A stretch of 64,000 nucleotides of DNA from a virus. The notes beneath the pieces were generated by a model. The model made no database searches. It saw only the letters and a program-made list of their open reading frames with translations, and was not told where the DNA came from. How positions within the stretch are numbered: position 1 is the first letter of the stretch; every line of letters starts with the position of its first letter. The stretch is from positions 32,001 to 96,000 of the IMG/VR virus record IMGVR_UViG_3300035670_000065; one strand, written 5' to 3'. Positions 1 to 10,314 of this stretch are shown one piece after another. The translations under genes were made by a program, and so were the position numbers.

Positions 1-1
1 T

Positions 2-856
2 TGCTACGACCTGACCACCCGAAAACTGCAAGCACGCTATCCCGTCGCGCAAGCCAATAAACACGCAATTCCTGACAGTAGCCGCTCCTGCAACCTGTAC
101 GCCTTGCCCGAAACTATTGAACCCACCAACCCCAATCATGTTCTCTACAGTTGCGAGGGCAACGCAATTCATCAGATAGCAAACTGCGTGTGATGATGTT
201 GTAACTTGTACTGTGAATCCGTCAAGCCTTGAGTTATATCCTGTCGCAACAAGCGTTTGCACATTAGCCGTTGGTCGCTTGAATATGTATCCAGTACCAA
301 GTATGCCGTTGTGGAATCCTGCTGATCTGACACCATCTACCGTTGTGGTAACAACCACCGACCCCGCAGGGACTGAAGACAAAGCAGCGTTGGCGGAGCC
401 AATATCGTCCCACGCCATGCCAATCTCGCAGACTTCTGTATCAACTAATGACGCACCTGAACGGCCGGTAATGAATGCGTTTAGACCGTCATAAATTCGC
501 TCTGTGCCACTCGTAGTCCAGCGGGTTTTGTCACTAAGTCCAGCGTAGTATGCCGATTTGATGTAGATCGTACCGCTGTCATTGTTGTTGAAAAGTATCT
601 GGTTCGCTGGCGTCAATGCAGCGTCGGTGTATAGTTCAAACGTATTCGCAGCAGTTGATTTTGCGTAGTAGGTCGTATTCGCTGCAAGCGCCGTAGGCCC
701 ACCGTTCTGAGTAGGAAGCGTACCACCGCTGAACTGCACCCCAGTGCCATCGCGCAAGCCGTGATTGGTAAGCGTGACCAGATTGGACGCGCCGAAGGTA
801 ACGACCTTCGAATCACCCTTCCCGCCAAAGCAGATTAGGCTGTATACGGTAGCCAT
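2..856 (-). CDS. Partial tail-appendage/receptor-binding-like protein (>285 aa, runs off the left edge; not in the ORF track)
   Basis: Open frame from ATG at 856 (TAATG overlap): MATVYSLICFGGKGDSKVVTFGASNLVTLTNHGLRDGTGVQF...NTTYYAKSTAANTFELY; beta-rich, beta-helix-like C-terminal part. Confidence 0.75.
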   Translation of the reverse strand, partial: MATVYSLICFGGKGDSKVVTFGASNLVTLTNHGLRDGTGVQFSGGTLPTQNGGPTALAANTTYYAKSTAANTFELYTDAALTPANQILFNNNDSGTIYIKSAYYAGLSDKTRWTTSGTERIYDGLNAFITGRSGASLVDTEVCEIGMAWDDIGSANAALSSVPAGSVVVTTTVDGVRSAGFHNGILGTGYIFKRPTANVQTLVATGYNSRLDGFTVQVTTSSHAVCYLMNCVALATVENMIGVGGFNSFGQGVQVAGAATVRNCVFIGLRDGIACLQFSGGQVVA

Positions 857-972
857 TATTTACTCGCCACGCCTTGCTGTTTTTCCCATGTCCTGAAGGC
901 CCCAAGACCAAGCATACCCATCAGCACTTGCAACGTTAGCATCGTGTCAATCGGCGGGAAGGTGCCGGAATA
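856..972 (-). pseudogene. C-terminal remnant of a 3TM (GTA-type) holin
   Basis: YSGTFPPIDTMLTLQVLMGMLGLGAFRTWEKQQGVASK matches the GMLGLG.RT.EK..GV C-terminus of 3TM holins; N-terminal helices missing. Confidence 0.6.
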
Positions 973-986
973 TTTAATTTCATTCA

Positions 987-3128
987 TCATTTCAATCCTA
1001 AGAATTTTGCAACAGTTAATATCTTCTTGGTAATATATTCGCCAATACTTCCAGTCACAGGAGCTCCTGTGTAATCCCAAGTACCTTTAGGTAGGGTAGC
1101 AGGCATAAAGTCAACTAAAGTTGTTGTAGCACTAGGGTCTACATATATTTCATTGGTGGGATCTAATGTACCGGTTGGGTAGGTCTTATTGCCTTGGATA
1201 AAGTTATCAAACATTATCATATTGCGCTGAGTATTAGATCCTACGTATACCCCATAATCACTATTATTTTGAATTCTAGAGCCAGTAATTACGTTTAAAC
1301 GTGTTGAATTACTGCTTGTGCCAGTAAACTTAACACCACAGCCGCGATTATAATAAATATTGCAATTATCAAATCGTACTTCTCTAGGGGATCCTTCGGA
1401 GGATATTGGTGCATCTGTAAACCGAACACCATCTGATCCAGCCTTCTCAATCTCGCAGTTAAATACTTTATGATAGTCGCCACCTTTAATATGTAAGCAA
1501 ACACCAGTACCAACTGGAGTTGTACCACCAGTATCGGCACCTACAACATATAGGTTTTCTAATCTACAGAACTTAGCATTTAGAACAATACCATCATCTG
1601 AAGAATTAGCTGTTGTTTTAAGAAGGAAATTTGATAGAGAGCAATTAGGTGCTTGTATCTGAATAACGGGGCCTAAATCGCCGACGCTGGGCTGAAATTG
1701 AATACCTCGACCAGGGCCGCGAATATGTACATCTTCCTTAGTAATAACTATACGTTCATCTATATTAGCTGTGCCAGTTCCCGGAGCTAGTAGATATATA
1801 ACATCTCCACGGCCTGATACGGCTTTACTTAATGCAGCAGTAACGGTCTTTAGTGGAGAAGCGGGAGATGTGCCAGGCGCTAGATCAGTTCCAGCTACTG
1901 GATCTACATACCAACGTGTTCCGAAACCTTGGTGCGATGCTCTTAAAGATTCAACGTCTAATTTAGCTTGAGCAGCAACTTCCGCGGCGAATCCACTAGC
2001 ATCTACTTCTGTACCTAGTGAATTATTTACTAGAGTTCCGAAACCTGTGATAGTTATCTTGCCTTTAGTACAAGTTGAATCAACTGTAACAGTTCCGCCA
2101 TTTAAGTGAATCCAAACTTGTCCAGATGAAGTAGCATGATTCTGGTTTATAATCTTCAAACGTCCATGGAATCCATCGAACGTAACATTTAAACGTGCGC
2201 CGTTTCGGTCAAGAATTGCTGTACCTTCATCTGAGTAGCACTCTTTAAAGTAAGAAGCGTGTCCAGAGGACACAGCAGAAGTCTGTCTAATAGTGTACCC
2301 TCTAGAGGTCCCATCTACTAGACCACAGCGTTCGTATATACAGTGTGCGTTATCTAACCCATCTATGATGCAGTCATGATAAAGAGATTCCCCACCTTGA
2401 TAGCCGGTAATCTTACAGTTGTACCATTGAGAGTTGGTGGTTACACAGCCCTGTGTTAGAGTGACTGTTGATCTGAATACATTAAGTGTAGCACCATCAC
2501 CTCTAAATACTAGGGCAGTTACATTATCTGTTGCACCTACAGTGAAGTTACCCTTCAGGTAGAACTCACCCAAACCTCTTAGTGTAGCGATAAAGGAAGC
2601 ATCAGCAAACGTGCTAGAAGGTGCCTTTAATGTACCTGCTGGATATGTAGTACCTGATACCCCATTAACTGTATCTATATAAACTTTACCGTTATAACTA
2701 GACTGCTGAATTTCCTGCATCTGTACAAGACCTGCGGAGTTATTCGAGCGTACAGCTACATTATTTAGATTAGTAACGTCTAGGATGTTATTATTAGATC
2801 CAATTAGAGATACTGAGTATGATCCGTTTTCAAAGGTAACGGTATACCCGTTAATCATTTCGATAACGCGAGCGTACTCAAGACCTCCAAGAGATACTGT
2901 TGTGTTGTGGCTGTGGGTATCGTCGTAGAACTGACCTTCTTCGCTATCTTCCCAATCTTTAAGCGCAAGTCTAAAAGCATTAGTATCAAGAGCATAACTA
3001 GAACCTCCTAGATACGTTAGGAAGAACTGGGGCACGAAGATCTCCTTCGTTACCCCATTCACTATTAGACCTGTTTGTACATAGTCTGCATCTGCGTAGT
3101 CATCTGGAGTGTAGTATAAAACTGCCAT
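987..3128 (-). CDS. Tail spike/appendage protein with pectin-lyase-like beta-helix
   Basis: 713 aa; WYVDP...G.D..PG...SPLKTV motif then parallel beta-helix repeats; C-terminal LTVAKFLGLK. Confidence 0.7.
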   Translation of the reverse strand: MAVLYYTPDDYADADYVQTGLIVNGVTKEIFVPQFFLTYLGGSSYALDTNAFRLALKDWEDSEEGQFYDDTHSHNTTVSLGGLEYARVIEMINGYTVTFENGSYSVSLIGSNNNILDVTNLNNVAVRSNNSAGLVQMQEIQQSSYNGKVYIDTVNGVSGTTYPAGTLKAPSSTFADASFIATLRGLGEFYLKGNFTVGATDNVTALVFRGDGATLNVFRSTVTLTQGCVTTNSQWYNCKITGYQGGESLYHDCIIDGLDNAHCIYERCGLVDGTSRGYTIRQTSAVSSGHASYFKECYSDEGTAILDRNGARLNVTFDGFHGRLKIINQNHATSSGQVWIHLNGGTVTVDSTCTKGKITITGFGTLVNNSLGTEVDASGFAAEVAAQAKLDVESLRASHQGFGTRWYVDPVAGTDLAPGTSPASPLKTVTAALSKAVSGRGDVIYLLAPGTGTANIDERIVITKEDVHIRGPGRGIQFQPSVGDLGPVIQIQAPNCSLSNFLLKTTANSSDDGIVLNAKFCRLENLYVVGADTGGTTPVGTGVCLHIKGGDYHKVFNCEIEKAGSDGVRFTDAPISSEGSPREVRFDNCNIYYNRGCGVKFTGTSSNSTRLNVITGSRIQNNSDYGVYVGSNTQRNMIMFDNFIQGNKTYPTGTLDPTNEIYVDPSATTTLVDFMPATLPKGTWDYTGAPVTGSIGEYITKKILTVAKFLGLK

Positions 3129-3131
3129 ATA

Positions 3132-3836
3132 TTACCCCCAGAAGTTAGGTGCACGGTTCTTAGTCGCTACGTTAGTGGATTGATAGTGGATATCAACTGT
3201 ATGAAGGAAAACATCAGGGACTAGTCCTTGACTTACTGTTAAGTCGTTTGCTGAAAGATACACTCTTCCAAATAACATGCCATCTACCTCAATATCACTA
3301 GTATTTAGTAGGTTAGCTCCACCGCCTGGTGCAGAGGCTAATGCTTCACAAACCATATGCTGATACTGAGTAGTAGAAGCGTTCTGAAACTCTACAATAG
3401 TAATTGGAGAAGAAAAGGCGGCTTGATTATGGCCTTTGGCCCAGATCAATTCCCAACCCCAAGTAACTGAACCACCTGTTACATACGGGTTATTATGGCT
3501 CCAATGTGCATGAATGTATATATCAGTACCTGGAGCGTAATCATGTGGCATATGTGCTGTTATCTGTTGTGCGCTTCCAACTTGGTGGGCATGCTGTTTA
3601 ATACCTCCACGATATACTTGAACGGTAGGTGCATCTGCATCTCCCTCATGGTAGTGCATTTCACATTGTAGATCGTGCCAGCCCCATGTCTGAGAAGAAT
3701 TAGGCCCAATTTTAATACCAGATCCCTGAGTTTTAGGCACCTGAGCATTTAGCCCATCCCTAAGGTCCGTCCAATTTGTGTCCATCTCAGTATGGGTTAA
3801 GGCTGACCCTTTTCCTGCTCTTGTTGTAATTGCCAT
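3132..3836 (-). CDS. Virion structural protein
   Basis: 234 aa; N-terminal RAGKGSALTHTEMDTN motif typical of fibre-anchoring segments. Confidence 0.55.
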   Translation of the reverse strand: MAITTRAGKGSALTHTEMDTNWTDLRDGLNAQVPKTQGSGIKIGPNSSQTWGWHDLQCEMHYHEGDADAPTVQVYRGGIKQHAHQVGSAQQITAHMPHDYAPGTDIYIHAHWSHNNPYVTGGSVTWGWELIWAKGHNQAAFSSPITIVEFQNASTTQYQHMVCEALASAPGGGANLLNTSDIEVDGMLFGRVYLSANDLTVSQGLVPDVFLHTVDIHYQSTNVATKNRAPNFWG

Positions 3837-3845
3837 CTATAATCC

Positions 3846-5651
3846 TTACTGATCTAAAATTAGAACCGCTGATAGAGAGGCTCCGGTTGCTGAATCTATA
3901 GTACCTACAATAGATCCTGTCTTGTAGTATGGTGCACCTGAAGACTTTCGGGCCCATCCAATTACAGGCTGATCTATAGAGTATACTTTAGACATAGTTA
4001 CCTGCCCTTGGGCATTCGTATTACCCTCTAGAGCTACCCATGTGGCCTTAATTGTGCCTGTAGGATTACTTCCAGGGGCTGATCCCATTGTATAAGTATA
4101 CGAGTTTGCATCCACCTTAGTAATAGTGAATACACCGTTATTTGCTAAGTGACTTGCACCTGAGATAACTACTTTATCGTTGGTTACCATTGCATGGCCA
4201 GTATGTGTAACTGTAGCAGTAGTACCTGAGTTACTTATTGTAACTGTATCATCAAAGGGTAGATCGCCTGTAGCATTTGATGCTCTTAAGAACACTCTAG
4301 CATCCTGAATAGGACTTCCAGTAGTATTAACCACTGTAACAGTAGTAGGTACCGCACCTGCTATAATAGTAGTAGTGGAGCCTCCAGAGTTTCTAACTGA
4401 GAAGGTAGAGTCTGCATTAATTGTTACTGAGCCACCAGAATTATTATATACTACCTCATTACCAGTAGATCCATCAGACCCTGCGTATCCTGTAAACGTA
4501 AAGTTGTCGAAGGTGTAACTGCCTGCAGCAGTTATTTCTATAGCATGATTAGAGCCATCTGATATAAATGTAAGTCCTGAAGCATTTGCTAGGTAGGTAG
4601 AATTAGGTACTAGCAATGTTGTGGTCGCTCTATTATTACTAAAAGTAGTATCAGCTATTGTGGCCGCACCATCTAGTGTAATCGTATCCGTACGTGTAAA
4701 AGTACAGTTAGTTACTGAAGTAGCTCCACGAAAGTTAAATGTACCTACATTAGTAAAAGAACATCCTGACCAGTTAACAGTAGCATTATCAGTAATAGTA
4801 AAGTTACCGCGTGCTGTAGTACCTAGTGCTAGAAAGGATATGGAGGTCCAATCTACTCTACTTGAAGCATTACGAATTTCGAATAAATTAAAGGTAGAAG
4901 TTACTTTTTCTGTATTATCAATTAGAATAGAGGTATTGGAGTCTCTAAAGTCTACAGCGGTACCTGAAGTCCCCATTAAGAACAGACCTTTTTGAAGGTA
5001 CCCCCCGGGAACGGCTTGGCACAGTCCCCAACGATTTGTATTAGAATCGTTTTGAGTTGCTGCACCAGAAAATGTAGCATACCCGTTTGCTAAGTCTCCA
5101 TCAACTGATTGCAATATACCTCTGCCCCATCTTATTACATCACATCCAGTTCCACCCTTCGCGTTTGCTAATTGCTTATACCCAATTCCGAAGTACTGTT
5201 TCGTACTTGTGGGGGATCCGACCGTTATACTGGGCGTTACTGTTGGGTCAACAACATAGTTCTTCCAGCCACCTAGTGCATCAGTATCCTTACCTGCTAC
5301 ATACCAGGCATAGAATGCTGCTAGGGATGAGCCAATAAGTACCGAGACACCTCCGGCGGATTGGTTATCCACGTTATTAGGGCACTGCTGGTTAATCCAT
5401 ACGAAAAAACAGTCCCCCGTGCCAAAAGTAATACCAGCACCATTATTATACATCATTCCAGTGTTACCAGTACCACCAGTTGTTTGATACTTCGCAATAC
5501 AGTTAGATCCTTGGATAAAGAAATCAGGTTCTAATATAGGATTAGTACCTGCAGTCCAACCCGTTGCAGAGGTTTCCGCCCAGTTGGTGACAGATTCTGC
5601 TGTGCTAATAGTTTGCGCTGTTAAATCTGACGTGTAAGCTGCGGCTGCCAT
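3846..5651 (-). CDS. Virion appendage protein (beta-helix plus C-terminal beta domain)
   Basis: 601 aa, Thr/Gly/Ser-rich; TATVTHTGHAM..NDKVVISGA...NGVFTIT module. Confidence 0.6.
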   Translation of the reverse strand: MAAAAYTSDLTAQTISTAESVTNWAETSATGWTAGTNPILEPDFFIQGSNCIAKYQTTGGTGNTGMMYNNGAGITFGTGDCFFVWINQQCPNNVDNQSAGGVSVLIGSSLAAFYAWYVAGKDTDALGGWKNYVVDPTVTPSITVGSPTSTKQYFGIGYKQLANAKGGTGCDVIRWGRGILQSVDGDLANGYATFSGAATQNDSNTNRWGLCQAVPGGYLQKGLFLMGTSGTAVDFRDSNTSILIDNTEKVTSTFNLFEIRNASSRVDWTSISFLALGTTARGNFTITDNATVNWSGCSFTNVGTFNFRGATSVTNCTFTRTDTITLDGAATIADTTFSNNRATTTLLVPNSTYLANASGLTFISDGSNHAIEITAAGSYTFDNFTFTGYAGSDGSTGNEVVYNNSGGSVTINADSTFSVRNSGGSTTTIIAGAVPTTVTVVNTTGSPIQDARVFLRASNATGDLPFDDTVTISNSGTTATVTHTGHAMVTNDKVVISGASHLANNGVFTITKVDANSYTYTMGSAPGSNPTGTIKATWVALEGNTNAQGQVTMSKVYSIDQPVIGWARKSSGAPYYKTGSIVGTIDSATGASLSAVLILDQ

Positions 5652-5989
5652 TATACTACCCTAACTTCAAATCCGCGATCCTGATTTATAATAAATGCAA
5701 TCGCTACTTCTATGCTCTGTAAAGCGGCTGCTAACGCGGTATTACCTTTGGCTACTTCCGCCATTGCGTGCGCTAGGAAATCCTCAATTTCTACTTCATT
5801 TGTTTCTGGATGGTAGTGCCTCTGATTGGCTCCATCTACTCCAAACATTTTGTATTCCACCATTACTTTATACTTAGGAGGTAACTCATCATTAGTAAAA
5901 GTTGGCTGTGTAATCTCAAGTCTAAGTAAGTGAACACGATTAAACTCAATCTGAGGCTGTACTAAATTGCTTTCAACTTGTATGCCCAT
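5651..5989 (-). CDS. Hypothetical protein (possible fibre chaperone)
   Basis: 112 aa, AAGGAG SD, TAATG coupling to the next gene. Confidence 0.6.
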   Translation of the reverse strand: MGIQVESNLVQPQIEFNRVHLLRLEITQPTFTNDELPPKYKVMVEYKMFGVDGANQRHYHPETNEVEIEDFLAHAMAEVAKGNTALAAALQSIEVAIAFIINQDRGFEVRVV

Positions 5990-6000
5990 ATAATCTCCTT

Positions 6001-6025
6001 AAAAGAGGGAGGGATTACCTCCCTC
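6001..6025 (-). terminator. Rho-independent terminator after the 643-aa gene
   Basis: GAGGGAGG-GATTA-CCTCCCTC hairpin with T-run on the minus strand. Confidence 0.7.
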
Positions 6026-6031
6026 CTCTAA

Positions 6032-7963
6032 TTATTCGTCACTAATTCTAGACGCGTTAGCAGAACCGCCTGCAGTACCAAGAGAACCAGTACCTTCAGA
6101 AGTTTTAATCTTAGGTGTACCTCCACCGTTACGAACACGGAAGAATAGGTTTCTATCCTGTAAGTAAACACCTGTGAAGGTCATCGTAGCACCAGCGGAA
6201 GCATCATCAATGTAGCTAATAAATATATTAGCACCGTTTGCCGCAGTATTAGTACTGAAGTCCGTACTACCAATAGTAAACGTAGAACCTGAGTAAGAGG
6301 TATACGCATGACGGGTATATGCACCATTAGTACGCTTAATACGAATTGTACCTGTTGAAGGAGTATCTGTTGGGATTGCTCCTGAAACCACTACAGCTAC
6401 TACAGCCGTACCAGATAGTGCACCATTTAAAGTTAGCTGTCCTAGGTTAATATCATTAACCGGGGCACCATTAACTGTACCTGTAACTGTACCTGAAGTA
6501 ATAGTACTGTTATCAGCAGGTACTGTACCGGTAAGCATTGGACCAATCCACATTTGACCAGTTGTACCGTAGTCTAATAGTTTGTGCAACTTGGCCGTTC
6601 CGGCCGGACTGGCAAACGTTAGGGTACTTCCCTCTACGAACGGGCCATTGGTTTCCGCATCGTAGTTTAGTCTATATCCACGCTCAGCAACTAGAACACG
6701 GTCACCACTTACTAAGTTACCCATTGTAAAGGTAACGTTGTTAGGAGGTGTAATTGGGTTACCAGTGATAAGGTCAATAACCGAATCAGTATATGCTAGG
6801 TCTAGGTTATCAACACCGAAACCATATGCACCGATAAGAGCAGAACCCGTAGATTGACCGCAAGCTGGGAAGCTTAGTGCCTTTTCAGCAACTGCTGTGA
6901 AAGTAGCATTTGCGGCATCTGGAGAGGCTTGAACAATGGTTTTTGTGCCATCAGTCATAGCAGGTGCTGCACCTGTCAGCAACTGAACCCAGATCTTGTT
7001 AGAACCATTATCTGCTAGAACTTGTGCTGTAGCTCCGTTACCGAAGGTTACTGAAGTACCTTCGTCAAATGTGCCTGTTAAACTAGTGTATGTTAATTCG
7101 TGTGTGATACCACGGAAGAGTTCGCCGTTTAGACCATATAGTGTAGAACCAGACCCTTGGCGGGTTAGGTACTTAATACGTTCGTACAGGTCGTTAATAC
7201 CTGCTCCGTTTAGGTCCCAACGTGAGTAGTATGCTTCGTTAACAGTATCAATGTTAACGTCCATTGTATTGTAACCTTCAGCATCATTTGCAATATCGCT
7301 ATAAGGCGATGCTGTCATGTTACCTTCTGTCTCTTGATTGTTCAAGTCATCAGCATACGTTAACGCAGACACGTTATTACCACGTGAGGTCCCGTTAATC
7401 TTGAACTCAGAGAATGTCTTACCCCAAACACGAGTTTGAGTAATTAGACGACGTCCGTCAATATCTGCCCCTGCAGTACGCACTTTAAGCATAAAACGGT
7501 GTGAAATACCGTTGGCTTCATCACGGTTAATACCTTTGAAAGTATCTCCATCGGGAATACTGTTCCAGAAATCATTAGCAATAACTGCCCCGTTCTGGAT
7601 AACTTGCATGTCCATGCCTTTATTCGCATAGACTAAGATACCGTCATAAATTATGTTACCCTCATCCTGGATAATAGATCCGCCAAAGATGTATTCGGCT
7701 GTAGTATCATCAATGTTATAGCCATTGATAAGCGTAATAATGTTATCCGTTGAACGGTCAGAGGGGGTATCTCTAGAGATATCCATGTAATCATCTGCCG
7801 CTACTTGGGAAGCGTCATCAGCAAGACCTTGTAACCAACGGTGTAACTCAATAACAGTAACGTAATTTACGCCAGCTGTTCCATGAGCAAATGTCCCACC
7901 GCCGTCTAGGTAACGAATATCCTTATCGTTCTGAATCTCCCAACGGGCTGCATCTAGTGCCAT
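6032..7963 (-). CDS. Probably abundant structural protein (filament/appendage subunit)
   Basis: 643 aa, beta-rich, biased GCT/GGT/CGT codons like the capsid and tube genes, own terminator. Confidence 0.6.
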   Translation of the reverse strand: MALDAARWEIQNDKDIRYLDGGGTFAHGTAGVNYVTVIELHRWLQGLADDASQVAADDYMDISRDTPSDRSTDNIITLINGYNIDDTTAEYIFGGSIIQDEGNIIYDGILVYANKGMDMQVIQNGAVIANDFWNSIPDGDTFKGINRDEANGISHRFMLKVRTAGADIDGRRLITQTRVWGKTFSEFKINGTSRGNNVSALTYADDLNNQETEGNMTASPYSDIANDAEGYNTMDVNIDTVNEAYYSRWDLNGAGINDLYERIKYLTRQGSGSTLYGLNGELFRGITHELTYTSLTGTFDEGTSVTFGNGATAQVLADNGSNKIWVQLLTGAAPAMTDGTKTIVQASPDAANATFTAVAEKALSFPACGQSTGSALIGAYGFGVDNLDLAYTDSVIDLITGNPITPPNNVTFTMGNLVSGDRVLVAERGYRLNYDAETNGPFVEGSTLTFASPAGTAKLHKLLDYGTTGQMWIGPMLTGTVPADNSTITSGTVTGTVNGAPVNDINLGQLTLNGALSGTAVVAVVVSGAIPTDTPSTGTIRIKRTNGAYTRHAYTSYSGSTFTIGSTDFSTNTAANGANIFISYIDDASAGATMTFTGVYLQDRNLFFRVRNGGGTPKIKTSEGTGSLGTAGGSANASRISDE

Positions 7964-7975
7964 AGTAATCCTTTC

Positions 7976-8416
7976 TTAACTATAACTCAGGGATATTCTG
8001 TCATCCCATATATTATCAAAATTTGCGTCTCCATCAGCCCAAGTCTCTGATACATCACCATCAATCCCTAGAACAAGCTTTCTTATTCTCCAGGCTGCTG
8101 CCGATGTTAAAGAGCCTACAGCCGCTTCACCGCGGTAAATTAAACTATCTGTTACAAAATCTGTTTGCTTTGCGTAAGGCATTTCTTCCTCTCCACCGGG
8201 TGGACCTGCTGGACCTTGGGGCCCTTGTGCTCCTGATGCAACTAGTATCGTAGTGGAAGGTACTTCAACTACTACGTTGGTATTTTCTGTAGAAGTAATT
8301 ATGGAACTAGTATCTACTTCTACACATATAGTGGATACTTCAGACTCCGTAACAGTATATGTATTGTCTACAGTACTTACTATTATCTGAGTACTTTCAG
8401 TAACTAACGATTCCAT
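7976..8416 (-). CDS. Structural adaptor with short collagen-like GxP repeat
   Basis: GAQGPQGPAGPPG; C-terminal YRGEA..G..TS..AWRIRK...WDDR module. Confidence 0.6.
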   Translation of the reverse strand: MESLVTESTQIIVSTVDNTYTVTESEVSTICVEVDTSSIITSTENTNVVVEVPSTTILVASGAQGPQGPAGPPGGEEEMPYAKQTDFVTDSLIYRGEAAVGSLTSAAAWRIRKLVLGIDGDVSETWADGDANFDNIWDDRISLSYS

Positions 8417-9006
8417 TATCTAGTTACTTCTTTGACTAAAGTTATTGTGCCTGTAGCTAGAGGGGTTACTACTCCGCCTGCACTTACTAGTTCTAAACTG
8501 TATACAGCGCTATTAAAAGTGTATGCCGCAGTAGTAGTGGCCGACACGCCTAGTCCAACCGTAAAATCAGTAGTATTAATTACTAACTTTCCATTTTCTG
8601 TAGTATATTCATCCAGTGTAGTCGTATCATCTATTTTGGCACGTAACTGCATTCTTGCAGTATACCCCGTTAAGTTGATAGGCTCATTATACTCAATGAC
8701 TCCCCCGCTAATATAGGTCTTATACCCTAGGGAATTAACAGCATTTAATTCAATTGTATCGGAGGTTAATTTAGTAGCAATATGGTATGTTTCAGTATTA
8801 TTAATATCCGTCATACCTACCACGTTGGTAATTTTTATTCTCCAACCATTAGGTACACCGTGTGAAGCACACGTGATAACACAGGGAGCAGCATTGCTGA
8901 TCCCTGTGATAGATTTATATATTTTCTTACTAGATTCCCAGCGGAGTACCTCGTTGAACGTACTGCCTTGGTAAATCTTCAGGTTTAATTTAGCTGGCGA
9001 CGCCAT
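8416..9006 (-). CDS. BppU-like Ig-fold adaptor with inserted FCCH-like domain
   Basis: IYQGSTF...INLTGYTARMQLR...VYSLEL...EVTR interrupted by ITGISNAAPCVITCASHG..G..I.ITNVVGMTDIN. Confidence 0.6.
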   Translation of the reverse strand: MASPAKLNLKIYQGSTFNEVLRWESSKKIYKSITGISNAAPCVITCASHGVPNGWRIKITNVVGMTDINNTETYHIATKLTSDTIELNAVNSLGYKTYISGGVIEYNEPINLTGYTARMQLRAKIDDTTTLDEYTTENGKLVINTTDFTVGLGVSATTTAAYTFNSAVYSLELVSAGGVVTPLATGTITLVKEVTR

Positions 9007-9046
9007 CGGAACTCCTTATGAAGAGATTGTAGTTTCATTTTTCTAT

Positions 9047-9075
9047 ATTATACCATGGGAGGTACCATGTGTCAA
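9047..9075 (-). promoter_or_regulatory. sigma70 promoter of the appendage operon
   Basis: TTGACA-17-TATAAT on the minus strand. Confidence 0.85.
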
Positions 9076-9093
9076 TGATAGAAATTTATCACC

Positions 9094-9459
9094 CTACTTA
9101 GTATCGTGCTTGTGCAATTCTATCATCTGGTCCTGCATTTGCTTCTGCCAGGTTACTAGAAACTCCTGTCTAGTATTCATAATATCTACTTGTTCCTTAA
9201 GACCTATAAATCTAGTATTATCAAGCTGCATATGATACCACATTATTGAGCCTCCGAACATTAGAGCTAGAAATACAAAGCATACTAGAACAAACATACC
9301 TTTAATAAAAGTTATATGCTGGTCTAATACTTTACTAATAGACTTGACAGTACCGAGGTCATAACTAGTGGCCTGCATACGCTCCAAGGAATGCTCAATT
9401 TCAGCCAGAACTTGTTTAGACTTAATTACATCTGGGTCTAATGATCTTGAATCATCCAT
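9094..9459 (-). CDS. Single-TM membrane protein (lysis accessory?)
   Basis: 121 aa, one hydrophobic helix flanked by coiled coil. Confidence 0.5.
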   Translation of the reverse strand: MDDSRSLDPDVIKSKQVLAEIEHSLERMQATSYDLGTVKSISKVLDQHITFIKGMFVLVCFVFLALMFGGSIMWYHMQLDNTRFIGLKEQVDIMNTRQEFLVTWQKQMQDQMIELHKHDTK

Positions 9460-9893
9460 CTTGCATCCTTTTCTAGCATCTCTACTTTAGTTAATAGTCG
9501 TGCATTCTCGGTATTGAGAATCTGCATATTTCCCTTACAGTCGTCTAAATTGTCTCCCAGCCTATCTACTAGCTCTTTAAGAATGCGTACTTGGCTAGTA
9601 AGGTGCTGAACCTCTAAAGTTAACTTTGCTACCTTAGATATGGCTTCCATACGCTCGGCTTCACTAACTTGTAACTTTACCTGTATCTTAGAAGACTCCT
9701 CGAATGCTTTATCCCGCTGTTTCTCTAGATGAGTAATTACGCTTTCCTCTGCTCTATCTTTAACGATTTCTACAGTATCTCTGCTAACCTTTCGTTTTAG
9801 AGCTAAAGCTATGCCACCCAGTGTAGTGGCTGCAGTTATTAATCCAGTTATAATCGTATTTAAATCTAATTGCAAAGCTATTGGATCACTCAT
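9438..9893 (-). CDS. Holin/antiholin-like protein (N-terminal TM plus coiled coil)
   Basis: 151 aa; hydrophobic residues 12-31, then heptad coiled coil. Confidence 0.45.
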   Translation of the reverse strand: MSDPIALQLDLNTIITGLITAATTLGGIALALKRKVSRDTVEIVKDRAEESVITHLEKQRDKAFEESSKIQVKLQVSEAERMEAISKVAKLTLEVQHLTSQVRILKELVDRLGDNLDDCKGNMQILNTENARLLTKVEMLEKDARWMIQDH

Positions 9894-10314
9894 TTTTCTT
9901 CTCCCAATCTATGGGATACCTAACAAGTATCCACCAACTCATTATAGCTGCTACGATTTCTGCACTAATTGCCGCAGGTGGGGGGTACACACTAAGTAGC
10001 ATTGCTACACATGACCCTGTCCATAGCATACATCCCAGTACTGCATCGGTTACTAATAATAGCTTATCTCTGGACTTATGTATAATAGAGTACAATCCAG
10101 CCAATCCTTGGAGCCCAAATAATATAGCCCAAGTAGTTTCATTTGCAAACTTACTCATGAGAGTATAAGTTGGCCGAGCGAATGTATCGCCCGGCCAAAA
10201 TAGTAGAAATGACCAAAATATAGAAGCTAAAGACACGAAGAATCTAGAAGCAATTAGGTCCGAGCCCCACATAATATCGTGGAGCCTCATTTTAAGAAAT
10301 TGATAGTAGCTCAT
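9886..10314 (-). CDS. Multi-TM membrane protein (possible holin)
   Basis: 142 aa, about four hydrophobic segments. Confidence 0.5.
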   Translation of the reverse strand: MSYYQFLKMRLHDIMWGSDLIASRFFVSLASIFWSFLLFWPGDTFARPTYTLMSKFANETTWAILFGLQGLAGLYSIIHKSRDKLLLVTDAVLGCMLWTGSCVAMLLSVYPPPAAISAEIVAAIMSWWILVRYPIDWEKKNE

